Source: Planctomycetota bacterium (GTDB lineage: Bacteria > Planctomycetota > GCA-002687715 > DRQF01). Taken from it: 35,825 nt of DNA. The position numbers and the translations under genes were made by a program. Below, one piece after another: positions 1 to 8,945 of the stretch (within the stretch, counting starts at the first letter, position 1; each line of letters begins with the position of its first letter). The notes below the pieces were generated by a model. The model saw nothing but the letters and a program-made list of their open reading frames with translations. It was not told where the DNA came from and searched no databases. The DNA is taken from positions 1 to 35,825 of the forward strand of contig JAZGFI010000217.1 in the NCBI GenBank assembly GCA_036479435.1, read 5' to 3'.

Positions 1-170
1 TCTAGATCAAAGTGGATGCGAATTTGCTTTTTGTCTACGACGAAACAAAAGTCGTTGAAAACGGCCTCGAAATGAGGGTTACGGGAGGTTCGCCTCAGTC
101 ACTTTTTCTCGATGCGGAATCGCTGGGCCTGAGGCCGATGAGTCGCCTCAATCGGTCTCAACGAAGCAGG

Positions 171-199
171 TTGACAACTGTAACGCCTGGGGTTACAGT
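171..199 (+). promoter_or_regulatory. sigma70-type promoter of higBA with overlapping palindromic operator
   Basis: TTGACA (171-176), 17-bp spacer, TACAGT (194-199). A perfect inverted repeat ACTGTAAC (177-184)/GTTACAGT (192-199) covers the spacer and -10, as expected for antitoxin autorepression. ATG at 209 has no SD, so the mRNA is probably near-leaderless. Confidence 0.8.
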
Positions 200-208
200 C
201 GATATCAG

Positions 209-487
209 ATGATCCTGAAGTTTCGCCATAAGGGCCTGAAGTGGCTGTACGAAAATGACAACCCAAAAGGCGTGCGGCCGGAACACGTCGATAGGCTGCG
301 GCATAGGCTGACAAACTTAGACGCGGCCACCGAACCCGAAGACCTTGACCTGCCGGGATACCGCCTCCATCCGCTGAAGGGAGATCGGAAAGGAGAGTGG
401 TCCATAAGAGTCTCTGGTAACTGGCGGGTGACGTTTAGATTTGAGAGTCACGACGTGACAGACGTCGACTACGAGGATTATCATTGA
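209..487 (+). CDS. higB: HigB-type toxin (RelE/ParE superfamily, plasmid maintenance killer type)
   Basis: 92 aa with MILKFRHKGL N-terminus and LHPLKGDRKGEWSIRVSGNWRVTFRF...DVDYEDYH, typical of HigB. The toxin lies upstream of the antitoxin. Confidence 0.93.
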   Translation: MILKFRHKGLKWLYENDNPKGVRPEHVDRLRHRLTNLDAATEPEDLDLPGYRLHPLKGDRKGEWSIRVSGNWRVTFRFESHDVTDVDYEDYH

Positions 488-502
488 AGAAAGGACAATC
501 GC

Positions 503-790
503 ATGCCTATGAAAACCCCCTGCCATCCCGGCGAAATATTGCGCGAGGCCATTATTGATGAACTCGGCCTAAGCATCACTGCGGCTGCCGATGGCTTAGG
601 TATTTCACGTAAGACCTTGTCGGAAATCTTGAATGGCCATGCCGGGATCTCTCCTGATATGGCCGTTCGATTGGAACGCGGCGTTGGTAGCACCGCCGAG
701 CAGTGGCTACGCCTTCAAATGGCTTTTGATCTTGCGGCCGCACATGGTCGCGCCAAAAATATCAAGGTGAAAAAACTCGAGCCAGCATAG
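503..790 (+). CDS. higA: HigA antitoxin (XRE/HTH)
   Basis: HPGEILRE...LSITAAADGLGISRKTLSEILNG...ISPDMAVRL...WLRLQMAFDL is the HigA signature. SD AAGGA upstream. Confidence 0.93.
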   Translation: MPMKTPCHPGEILREAIIDELGLSITAAADGLGISRKTLSEILNGHAGISPDMAVRLERGVGSTAEQWLRLQMAFDLAAAHGRAKNIKVKKLEPA

Positions 791-875
791 ATCCTAAACC
801 CTATAGTCTCAGGATACCGTGGGATACCGGACGCTCGCAGTAGTTCTCGGCGCTCGCTCGTGACAGAATACACCC

Positions 876-1808
876 ATGACCATCCCTGACTTTTCCATCG
901 TCGTGCTGTCTTGGAACACGGAAGCGCTGACCAAGGCCTGCCTCAATGCCCTCCGGCATTGTCGTGAGGCATCTGAACTTGGCGACGAAGTCATCGTCAT
1001 CGACAATGCCTCAGAAGACGGCAGCGTCGCGATGATCCAGCGCGAATTTCCTGAAGTTCGTTTGTACGAAAACGATCGCAACGTCGGCTACGCGCGGGGT
1101 GTGAACCAAGGACTGCGACTCGCGACGGGGCGAAACGTGGCCTTGCTCGGTAGCGATACCGAAGTTCGGCCCGGTACCTTTGACCGGATGCTGACGTTTT
1201 TGGATGAGAATCCCGAGGTCGGGGCGGTGTCGCCGCGACTGATTCATCCCGACGGTCGTCCGCAGGCGGCCTGCATGCGTTTTCCTGATCTCAAGGTGGC
1301 GCTTTGGTACGACACTTTCTTGGAGGCCTGGAAACCCAAGAACGAAGTTTTGGATCGATACCACTATCGGGATTGGTCGCACGATAGCGATCGCGAAGTC
1401 GATCAACCGCCGGGGACTTGCTTGCTGGTCCGCCGCGAAGTCCTTGACGACGTCGGCGTCATGGACAAAAAGCTTTGGCTCTTTTTCAACGATGTAGATT
1501 GGTGTTTGCGTATCCGCCGAGCGGGCTGGCGCATCTGGTATCTACACGAAGAAACTGAGGTCCTGCATCACCTCGGGGCGAGCACGAGTCGCTTCGGGGC
1601 CTTTCCTTTCGAATGGCACAAAAACCGCCTGCACTTTTATCGCAAGCACTATCACCTCGCCGGGGCCTTCATCGTGAAGTCGGCGATGATCTACGTCGCA
1701 TTTCGCGAGGTCAACCGCATCCGCGTCAACTTGGAGGACAAACGCGAGTTTTTCCAGCACGCACGGCAAGTCGTGGGCGCGCTCGGGCGGGTGTTGATTC
1801 GAGGTTGA
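876..1808 (+). CDS. glycosyltransferase family 2 (WbbL/rhamnosyltransferase-like)
   Basis: SIVVLSWN, VIVIDNASEDGS, NVGYARGVNQG, LLGSDT, GTCLLVRR, FFNDVDWCLR motifs of GT2. Confidence 0.9.
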   Translation: MTIPDFSIVVLSWNTEALTKACLNALRHCREASELGDEVIVIDNASEDGSVAMIQREFPEVRLYENDRNVGYARGVNQGLRLATGRNVALLGSDTEVRPGTFDRMLTFLDENPEVGAVSPRLIHPDGRPQAACMRFPDLKVALWYDTFLEAWKPKNEVLDRYHYRDWSHDSDREVDQPPGTCLLVRREVLDDVGVMDKKLWLFFNDVDWCLRIRRAGWRIWYLHEETEVLHHLGASTSRFGAFPFEWHKNRLHFYRKHYHLAGAFIVKSAMIYVAFREVNRIRVNLEDKREFFQHARQVVGALGRVLIRG

Positions 1809-1882
1809 TTGATAGCTGGCGAGCGGTGCCCAGGACGCGGTGGGACCTTCCCAAACCTGGCGAATAGTGGAGGACCCATGCC

Positions 1883-2596
1883 ATGGTATCTCGATCCCAG
1901 TCAAACCAGTTCGCTAGACGCCCTGTGTCAACGGGCGCGAAGTCGGGGACCTCGAAAAGTGCGCGGCTCTGTCTTGCCGTCTTCCTTCTGATTGTAGCCG
2001 GGTGCCGGTCGTGGAGCACCTCGCCCGCTACGGAATCTAGAAATTCGAGTGAACTAGCAATCAAGGTGCCGACGCGGTCTGACATCAACGCTCAAGACTC
2101 GTTTCCTCCCGGAAACACTGTGGGCTGTCGCTGCGAAGTCGTTGCTCTTGGCAATGTTGGCCCTTTGACTGATTACTGGGAATGGGCTGTCTCCCATTCG
2201 GGGCAGCCGGCATCTTGGCAGACGTCAGGTCGCCACGGACCACAAAGGCCGGGATGGGACACTCGAGGATTCCAAAAGGTCCAAGGCCCTGATGGCATCT
2301 GGGTCTTCAAAGTCCCGATGATGCCGACCTGGGTTGACGGGCATTATCTGACGATCTGGATCTCCCAAGAGAACGGTGACCTCTTCGCATCTGCTGCGGC
2401 GAGGCATGACTCAGATACGCTCTTGCCGCTTGAGGTCATTGCATCCGCGACGGTCACGATTGATGAGAACCAAAGAGAGCTTGGAAGGCTCGATGGCTTC
2501 GAGTTCGAGGTCTTGATTGTTCAGTTGGGCGACACGCCATCGAGTTATCGTTTACGAGGCGCCATCGCGGTCCTAGAGAAAATTGTGCTGTATTAG
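1883..2596 (+). CDS. hypothetical lipoprotein
   Basis: 237-aa ORF with GGAGG upstream, a basic N-region, hydrophobic LCLAVFLLIV and lipobox VAGC. No recognised domain. Confidence 0.6.
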   Translation: MVSRSQSNQFARRPVSTGAKSGTSKSARLCLAVFLLIVAGCRSWSTSPATESRNSSELAIKVPTRSDINAQDSFPPGNTVGCRCEVVALGNVGPLTDYWEWAVSHSGQPASWQTSGRHGPQRPGWDTRGFQKVQGPDGIWVFKVPMMPTWVDGHYLTIWISQENGDLFASAAARHDSDTLLPLEVIASATVTIDENQRELGRLDGFEFEVLIVQLGDTPSSYRLRGAIAVLEKIVLY

Positions 2597-2636
2597 GTCT
2601 CCGTGCATCGGGATTCGCCTTCCCCAGTTGGCGGCC

Positions 2637-2733
2637 TGCGGTGAATACTGGCCCTATTCACCGCAAAATATGCGACGAATAGCTGTGAGCGCAAGCCAAA
2701 ATCCCTATAATCCCTGCAGGAGTTGCGGCGATC
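2637..2733 (+). promoter_or_regulatory. palindromic operator boxes plus -10 element upstream of the Fic gene
   Basis: Perfect 11-bp inverted repeat TGCGGTGAATA (2637-2647)/TATTCACCGCA (2655-2665), related half-sites TGCGACGAATA (2671-2681) and TGCGGCGATC (2724-2733), TATAAT at 2706-2711, SD CAGGAG. Confidence 0.65.
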
Positions 2734-3852
2734 ATGACTTACATCCATCAACGGCCAGACTGGCCAACCTTTACTTGGGACAGCGATACCCTCGCCGCGC
2801 CCTTGGCGGCCCTGAGGCACAAGCAAGGGAAACATCTGGGGCGAATGGAGGCCTTGGGTTTCCAACTTCGAACCGAAGCGAGCCTTTCAATGCTGACAGA
2901 AGAGGTCGTTAAGACCTCCGCTATCGAAGGCGAGCACCTTGATCCTCATGAGGTCCGATCGTCCGTCGCTCGCAGACTTGGACTCGACGCGGCCGGTTCG
3001 CCTAAGCCCAGTCGGCAGGTCGAAGGCGTCGTCGCCATGATGCTTGACGCAACCCGAAACTTTGACACCCAGCTCACGACGAAGCGGCTTTTTGGTTGGC
3101 ATGCTGCACTCTTCCCGACCGGGCGAAGCGGCATGCAAGCCATCACGGTCGGCGGCTGGCGAAGCGATCAAGGCGGGCCCATGCAAGTTGTGTCGGGTCC
3201 CATCGGCAAAGAGAAAGTTCACTTCCAAGCCCCTGATGCCGACCGGCTTGAGGAGGAAATGACAGCGTTCCTGAACTGGTTCAACTCGTCGTCAGCCATC
3301 GATCCCATTCTTAGAGCTGGCGTCGCGCACTTGTGGTTCGTCACCATCCACCCCTTCGACGATGGCAATGGTCGCCTTGCCAGAGCCATTGCTGAGACGG
3401 CTCTTTCTCAGGCCGATGGCACGCAGGACCGCTACTACAGTATGTCTTCGGGAATCGAAGCCGAGCGCAAAGACTACTACGCGCTCCTTGAGAACACCCA
3501 AAGCGCCACCCTCGACATCACACCCTGGCTCACATGGTTTTTTGGATGCCTCGATCGCACGATGGACGCCGCCGATGCCTCTTTAAACACCGTGTTCGAA
3601 AAAGCGAGGCTGTGGCAAAAAATCAACTCACACCCTGTCAACGAACGCCAACGCCGTGTCATCAACCGAATGCTTGACAACTTCGAAGGCAAACTTGCGA
3701 CCTCAAAGTACGCCAAGCTGGCAAAGTGCTCTACCGACACGGCCCTGAGGGACATCAACGAACTTCAACAACGCAACATCCTCATCAAAAACGCCGGGGG
3801 TGGCAGAAGCACGAGCTACCGTCTGGCGAATCCCGACGAAATCCAGGAATGA
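2734..3852 (+). CDS. Fic family protein (DUF4172 N-terminus, Fic core, C-terminal winged HTH)
   Basis: YIHQRPDWPTFTWD N-terminus, TSAIEGE, intact Fic motif HPFDDGNGRLAR, C-terminal TSKYAKLAKCSTDTALRDINEL...GGRSTSY. Confidence 0.93.
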   Translation: MTYIHQRPDWPTFTWDSDTLAAPLAALRHKQGKHLGRMEALGFQLRTEASLSMLTEEVVKTSAIEGEHLDPHEVRSSVARRLGLDAAGSPKPSRQVEGVVAMMLDATRNFDTQLTTKRLFGWHAALFPTGRSGMQAITVGGWRSDQGGPMQVVSGPIGKEKVHFQAPDADRLEEEMTAFLNWFNSSSAIDPILRAGVAHLWFVTIHPFDDGNGRLARAIAETALSQADGTQDRYYSMSSGIEAERKDYYALLENTQSATLDITPWLTWFFGCLDRTMDAADASLNTVFEKARLWQKINSHPVNERQRRVINRMLDNFEGKLATSKYAKLAKCSTDTALRDINELQQRNILIKNAGGGRSTSYRLANPDEIQE

Positions 3853-3902
3853 TCGCCGACGGTTTTTGTTCGATTCTCACCGGGAGCGATGAGTCTAAGG
3901 GT

Positions 3903-4925
3903 TCAGTGGTCGAGCTCCGACTCAAGTTGTTCGATGCTTGGAAGTTTCCCTTTCAGGTCATCGGGAAGAGCCTCGGTTAGTTCGTACTCAGAAACCCCGA
4001 TGGGATTGTCGATGCCCTTGAGGGACCACTCGGCAACGAGCCTGTTCTTCCCTCGACAAAGAAGAAGGCCGATGGTGGGGTGGTCTTCGGGCGTACAGAG
4101 CATCTCGTTAATCGCCGTCACGTAGAAATTGAGTTGGCCGGCGTACTCTGGCTTGAAGTCGGTCGCTTTCAGTTCGACGACCACGTAGGCGTGAAGCTTG
4201 ACGTGATAGAAAAGCAAGTCAATGAAGAACTCATCGCCGCCGACTTCAATGCGTTGTTGTCGACCCAGGAAGGCAAATCCAATGCCAAGCTCGACAAGGA
4301 ACTTTTGCAGATGGTTCACGAGCGCTTGCTCGGTTTCGCGCTCTCGGGAATCACCGTCGAGCATAAGGAACCGGAAGCAGTAGGGATCTTTGATGGTTTG
4401 CTGGGCGAGGTCTGACTGGTGGGCAGGGAGGGTCCGCTCGAAATTCGTGATGGCCTGCCCTTCTCGACGGTAGAGGCCGGTTTCGATCTGCATCATCATG
4501 ATGTCACGGCTCCAGCCGTGCTTGATGCAAGCTTGGAGATACCAGCGCCTCTCTGCGGGGTCCTTGACCTTCTCAAGGAGCCGAATGTTGTGGCCCCAGG
4601 GAATTTGTGCAACAAGCTGTTGCACAATTGACTCGTCGGACCAAGCGCGGGCTAACATCCTCATGTAGTTGAGGTTGCGGAAGGATAGCCCTTTCATGCT
4701 CGGGAAACTTCTTCGAAGGTCCTTGCTCAGCTGCTGTAGTACTTTCGCGCCCCAACCTTGCAGTTGCTGCCGCTCCAAGATGTCTCGCCCGATGCTCCAG
4801 TAGAGCAGAACCAGTTCGCGGTTGACCGCGAGCGCAGCCTTCACTTGCGCGCTTCGGATGCGATCTTTGAGCTCGGTCAAAAGATCGCCATGGCCCTCGT
4901 AGTTTTGGAACAGATCTGTGCTCAT
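3903..4925 (-). CDS. yhcG: YhcG/DUF1016 family PD-(D/E)XK nuclease-domain protein
   Basis: VNRELVLLYWSIG, WGAKVLQQLSKDL, IPWGHN, KDPY, FIDLLFYH...VVVELK, GQLNFY, TIGLLLC motifs. Start placed at ATG 4925 (MSTDLF), not the longer ORF start at 5084. Confidence 0.92.
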   Translation of the reverse strand: MSTDLFQNYEGHGDLLTELKDRIRSAQVKAALAVNRELVLLYWSIGRDILERQQLQGWGAKVLQQLSKDLRRSFPSMKGLSFRNLNYMRMLARAWSDESIVQQLVAQIPWGHNIRLLEKVKDPAERRWYLQACIKHGWSRDIMMMQIETGLYRREGQAITNFERTLPAHQSDLAQQTIKDPYCFRFLMLDGDSRERETEQALVNHLQKFLVELGIGFAFLGRQQRIEVGGDEFFIDLLFYHVKLHAYVVVELKATDFKPEYAGQLNFYVTAINEMLCTPEDHPTIGLLLCRGKNRLVAEWSLKGIDNPIGVSEYELTEALPDDLKGKLPSIEQLESELDH

Positions 4926-5116
4926 CGGTTTTCCTGACTTGGGCGCAACCTGCGACTTGTCGGGGCCAAAGCAACGCAAAGCGGCCAACAGGAAGACGCC
5001 TTCGTCCGCGAGCCTCCTCCCACCTAAAGTCTCTATGCCTCCTAACCTTCCCCAGTTTCCAGCCAGGGTGAAGCGGGCCACCACATCCAGGACGACGGAG
5101 TTCTCTAAGGGTCACT

Positions 5117-5274
5117 TTTCGTTTGCCGTTCTTCCGGCCCCGTTCAAGTCGGCGGTTCACTGAACGCCGCACCTTATTTCTTGACTCACCGCCGTGGGGG
5201 GAATTGTGTCAGCCGTAATTTCTCCGCCTGCCTGAATTTCTCTAGCGTCTCCGGAGATGCGTTAGCCTGGAAGA
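5117..5274. repeat. ~160-bp non-coding element (unsplit copy); left half matches 8751-8819, right half matches 12818-12887
   Basis: Hand ungapped alignments: 5117-5185 vs 8751-8819 = 57/69; 5205-5274 vs 12818-12887 = 48/70. The left half contains the stem CGGC-G-GTTC..GAAC-GCCG and ends in TTGAC. Confidence 0.8.
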
Positions 5275-5298
5275 AGGTGTTTGATGCCGCATGAGGGC

Positions 5299-6987
5299 TT
5301 AGTTTTTTGAGTTGGCCGCCCGCATTTTTCGGATTCGCTTTTCGAGATCCTCCGGCAAGACGAGGTCGACGACCTGTCCGGCGTCTCCGTTGACATTGAA
5401 GCTGATCGAACTCAACTGTTGAATATTGGTCGCGGAGCCAGTTACTCGCTGCAGACTCAGTTGGAAGGTGGTGTTTCCTAGCGCCAGCGGCGTGAACGGG
5501 AGCGGGCCCGTGGTTTGGATCAGACCCTTCGGCCCGGGTTTGAGGATGTGTCTGAATCCCCTATCACTGAGAATGATAGCCTCCCCTTTTTGGAGGCGAG
5601 GCCACTGCTCAGGGAACTTGATGAGGACGCGTTCGGCTTTACGGAAGACAACCCGGGTCAACCCCGGTTTGATGGCAACAACCCGCTCGAGGTAGCCCTT
5701 TTTGGAAAACGTCATATCGAAGGAGCTTCGCTTAGATCTCAGCTGGTGTTTGGGCCCTAGATTACGCCCGCTAACTGTTATGACCAGTCTTTTGGAACTC
5801 CCGGCGGATTGGAAGCTAACGCCCTGGATGGGAAGTCCTTTTACATCAACGAATTCAAAGTCGTAGACATTGAGATCGACGACGACCAGAATGTCACCCA
5901 AGTCCGCGGTTGCTCCCCCTTTGATGGTGATGTTTTTCTTTTCCCACAAAAGGTCCAGTTGGCGACCAAAAATCTGGAGTCGGTAGGTGCCGGGGGCAAG
6001 GTCGTTCATCTCGATTCGGCCGTTTTTGCTGACGTTGTTTCCTCCCCGACGGCGGCCAACTTCGGCTTCGGGTCGAAGGGAATAAAACCAAGAGGTCACA
6101 GAGATCCCCTTCGTGGGAAGGAGGCGCACTCGGAAAACCCCAGCCTGTTCTAGAGTCACGACAAGGGTCTTGGCGCTCAGTCGACAGGGGACTTTCTTGG
6201 CGTCCAAGAAGCCTTTTTTGGACGCAGACACAAACAGCTCGTCGCTGGTTTCTTTCAGCAGAATACCCCGCAGCTCGAACTGTCCCTGCTTGTTGGACAA
6301 GCAGTCATCAAACATGCCCACTGGTGTTCGGTAGCGCTCGTGTTTGCCGATGAAATCCTTGCGCCTCAACTTGATGATAGCTGCCGCCAAGGGCTGTCCG
6401 TTTGTTCTTTGAGCTCGTCCGGACACAAGAATGGCGAAGGCTTCCAAGGTTTGGTCACCGAGATCGAGATCGCCAGTTTTCACGCGTTTGGTGATATCGA
6501 CGAAGACACCTTTGGATGCCGACTTTGATGGGCGGCTCAGTTTCCTCATTTCAAAACAAATTCTGGTGGGGGGGCGGATTCGACGGGCCATTGGATAGAG
6601 ATTTTTGGGCACCAGACGAAAGAAGCGGCCCTCTTGGTCGGTCGTTATTGAGCCGCCGCCGCCAGCGTTCGGGTTGCCGAACTTACGGTCGACACTGAAC
6701 CTGCAACTCAACTTTGTGTCTTGGATCGGCCGCCCCTTTTCGTCCACCAGGCGCCCGCTAATGACCAACGCCTTTTCTTCCGCCTGTTCGGCCGGTTTCA
6801 TGGTGGCCAAAGCGGAAGATCGAACCGAGTGCAGGGGCTTGTTGCCGTCCGCGGTCCCCGGTGATTTCAGAGCGTGTAATTTTCGGGGCGAGGACGCCTC
6901 GAAATCGCCGGCAAGGTTTCGACGGAAACTGGCGGCGCCCAGGAGCGGCAGGAGCAATAAGGCCATCACAGCAGTCATGATCTTCAT
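5299..6987 (-). CDS. secreted protein with carboxypeptidase-regulatory-like (beta-sandwich) repeats
   Basis: Signal-like MKIMTAVMALLLLPLLGAASF. Repeated ISGRLVDEKGRPI, VSGRAQRTNGQPL, FVDVKGLPIQGV, plus TTDQEGRF and DLAPGTYRL motifs. The start could alternatively be 7047. Confidence 0.7.
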   Translation of the reverse strand: MKIMTAVMALLLLPLLGAASFRRNLAGDFEASSPRKLHALKSPGTADGNKPLHSVRSSALATMKPAEQAEEKALVISGRLVDEKGRPIQDTKLSCRFSVDRKFGNPNAGGGGSITTDQEGRFFRLVPKNLYPMARRIRPPTRICFEMRKLSRPSKSASKGVFVDITKRVKTGDLDLGDQTLEAFAILVSGRAQRTNGQPLAAAIIKLRRKDFIGKHERYRTPVGMFDDCLSNKQGQFELRGILLKETSDELFVSASKKGFLDAKKVPCRLSAKTLVVTLEQAGVFRVRLLPTKGISVTSWFYSLRPEAEVGRRRGGNNVSKNGRIEMNDLAPGTYRLQIFGRQLDLLWEKKNITIKGGATADLGDILVVVDLNVYDFEFVDVKGLPIQGVSFQSAGSSKRLVITVSGRNLGPKHQLRSKRSSFDMTFSKKGYLERVVAIKPGLTRVVFRKAERVLIKFPEQWPRLQKGEAIILSDRGFRHILKPGPKGLIQTTGPLPFTPLALGNTTFQLSLQRVTGSATNIQQLSSISFNVNGDAGQVVDLVLPEDLEKRIRKMRAANSKN

Positions 6988-7314
6988 GGGCAAGTTCTCA
7001 AAGAGTCGGTTTTGCCACCTCAAGACCGTGGCGAGGCGTGCCAGCATGGATGCTCAAGCTCTAAGGTCTAGATACCACAGCAAGCGGTACGCGCGAAACG
7101 CCGATCAGTCCAGAACGGGCTCTGAGATGGCTTTCATGACAGTTTCTTGCCAACCCTATACCTCAGCTACTGAGACTCGAGCGAGCAAAGCGGATGGCTG
7201 CCGTTCTGGGGAGGCTCTTGGACAATAGCTGGTCTAAGAGGCAACCATGCTCGGGTAGCTTGACTGTACGCCACTGACACAATTAGAGATAGAGAATATG
7301 GATCAAATACGGAA

Positions 7315-7349
7315 TTGGATTCCCTGTTTGCACATGCTATCTTGTTCGC
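7315..7349 (+). promoter_or_regulatory. putative promoter giving a leaderless mRNA for the AAA ATPase
   Basis: TTGGAT (7315-7320), 17 bp, TATCTT (7338-7343) preceded by TGC (extended -10). ATG follows 6 nt later with no SD. Confidence 0.5.
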
Positions 7350-8525
7350 ATGATACCTCGCACCATGGAATCTCACTTACTGAACATCGCAGGGAAATTC
7401 CCCGTCGTAACCCTTACTGGGCCTCGCCAGTCTGGGAAGACGACATTGTGCAGGAAGTTGTTCCCAGATAAGGCCTACGTTTCCTTGGAAGAGCCTGATG
7501 TTCGGGCGAGGGCAATTGACGATCCAAGAGGCTTTTTAGGGGAACTCTCGAAGGGCTGCATCCTCGATGAAGTCCAAAGAACGCCTGATCTTCTATCCTA
7601 TCTCCAAGGCATGGTTGATGAAGATCCAAGCCCCGGCCGATTCATTTTGACCGGATCACAAAATCTCAACTTGCTCGCTTCGATCTCGCAGTCTCTCGCC
7701 GGCCGCACGGCCATTTGCCACCTACTACCCCTTTCGGTCGAAGAGATTCCCGAGGTCGGCGACCTTTGGCAAACCATTTTTTGTGGTGGCTACCCAAGGA
7801 TTCACAGCTCCTCAGTTGGACCCCAAGAGTGGATTTCGTCTTACGTTCAAACTTACATCGAAAGAGATGTGCGAGAGGTCCTCAATGTCGGTGACCTAGC
7901 TTCATTCCAAACTTTCATGGGACTTTGTGCGGGGCGGACGGGGCAAGTCCTTAACCTAACGAGCCTCGGGAGCGACTGCGGTATCAATCAGAAAACAGCG
8001 AAAGCTTGGCTTTCGGTCCTCGAAACCAGCTTCCTTGCGTTTCGCCTACGACCGTTCTTTCACAACCTTGGCAAGCGTTGGGTAAAGTCACCCAAACTAC
8101 ACTTCTTTGATTCTGGCCTTGTGTGTTTTTTGTTGGGTATTCGTGAACCACAACAGCTAACTACTCATCCTTTGCGAGGGGCCATCTTCGAAACCTGGGT
8201 CGTCTCTGAGTGCTACAAAGCTCAGGTAAATCGAGGGATCAACCCGGACCTATTCCATTGGCGAGACGCAAAAGGACATGAAGTCGACCTTGTTGCGCTA
8301 AGTGGCGGCCACGCGACCCTTGTCGAGGTCAAGTCCGGCAAGACAATGGCTACCGACTTCCTCCAACCCTTGGATCATTTCGCACATCTCCTGGACACGA
8401 AGGACGACTTGGTCAACAGCTCATCCAAGTTCTTGGTCTATGGAGGTGATGAAGAGATCCAACACCGAGAGACTCAAGTGCTTCCTTGGTCAAAGCTACC
8501 AGGGCTGTTCTCAAGCCTCGTTTGA
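7350..8525 (+). CDS. AAA_14 ATPase with DUF4143 / C-terminal nuclease-like domain
   Basis: Walker A GPRQSGKT, Walker B ILDEVQ, FILTGS, SLAGR, GGYP, KSPKLHFFDSGL, EVDLV...LVEVKS. Confidence 0.92.
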   Translation: MIPRTMESHLLNIAGKFPVVTLTGPRQSGKTTLCRKLFPDKAYVSLEEPDVRARAIDDPRGFLGELSKGCILDEVQRTPDLLSYLQGMVDEDPSPGRFILTGSQNLNLLASISQSLAGRTAICHLLPLSVEEIPEVGDLWQTIFCGGYPRIHSSSVGPQEWISSYVQTYIERDVREVLNVGDLASFQTFMGLCAGRTGQVLNLTSLGSDCGINQKTAKAWLSVLETSFLAFRLRPFFHNLGKRWVKSPKLHFFDSGLVCFLLGIREPQQLTTHPLRGAIFETWVVSECYKAQVNRGINPDLFHWRDAKGHEVDLVALSGGHATLVEVKSGKTMATDFLQPLDHFAHLLDTKDDLVNSSSKFLVYGGDEEIQHRETQVLPWSKLPGLFSSLV

Positions 8526-8587
8526 ACAAGGAACGCGGCAGATGAGATCAATATTGGATGCTCGGCTGCCTCCCGTCCTCGGTGTTG

Positions 8588-8710
8588 CTATCGGAGTGCT
8601 TGGAAGATGACGATGTCTTGGGGTTGGTTCTCGCGCAGTTCGGCCAGCTGGTAGCGGGCGGAAAGGAGTGATCTCAGATCGACGTCTTTGCCGGCAGTGA
8701 CGACTTGGGT
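8588..8710 (-). pseudogene. displaced duplicate of the last 40 codons of the 12989-14233 membrane-protein gene
   Basis: 96/123 nt identical to 12989-13111, including a 25-bp perfect match (8640-8664 = 13041-13065). Translates TQVVTAGKDVDLRSLLSARYQLAELRENQPQDIVIFQALR* vs PEVVIVGRNIDLQSLFSARYQLAEPREAQPQDVVILQALR* (27/40), with the stop in register. Confidence 0.85.
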
Positions 8711-8750
8711 AGTGACGACTCGAGCGGTGACTCCATGACGCCGAAACCGC

Positions 8751-8819
8751 TTTCGTTTGTCGTTCATCCGACCCCGTTCAGATCGGCGGTTTTCCGAACG
8801 CCGCAGTCTTTTTCTTGAC
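8751..8819. repeat. left half of the split non-coding element
   Basis: 57/69 identical to 5117-5185. Stem arms CGGC..GTT / AAC..GCCG are conserved while the loop differs. Confidence 0.85.
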
Positions 8820-8832
8820 CCCCCCCCCCCCC
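8819..8832 (+). repeat. poly-C homopolymer (C14)
   Basis: 14 consecutive C beginning within TTGACC (8815-8820), ~115 bp upstream of the MFEAQ cluster. Confidence 0.85.
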
Positions 8833-8945
8833 ATTCCCTGTGAGTAGGGTGATCTTCCTAAGCACTCAGGCAATTTTGAAACTGACGCCCAAGACCCCCG
8901 CCCTGCGGCCGCGCTGTCTTCGCGTCACGTTTGAGAGAGGAAGAA

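Noticed and set aside
12..212. 66-aa ORF at the window start
   Set aside because: It runs through the higBA promoter/operator and has no recognisable motif or SD, so it cannot be supported.
4926..5084. 53-aa N-terminal extension of the YhcG ORF
   Set aside because: Family similarity begins only after ATG 4925. The extension looks like open intergenic DNA.
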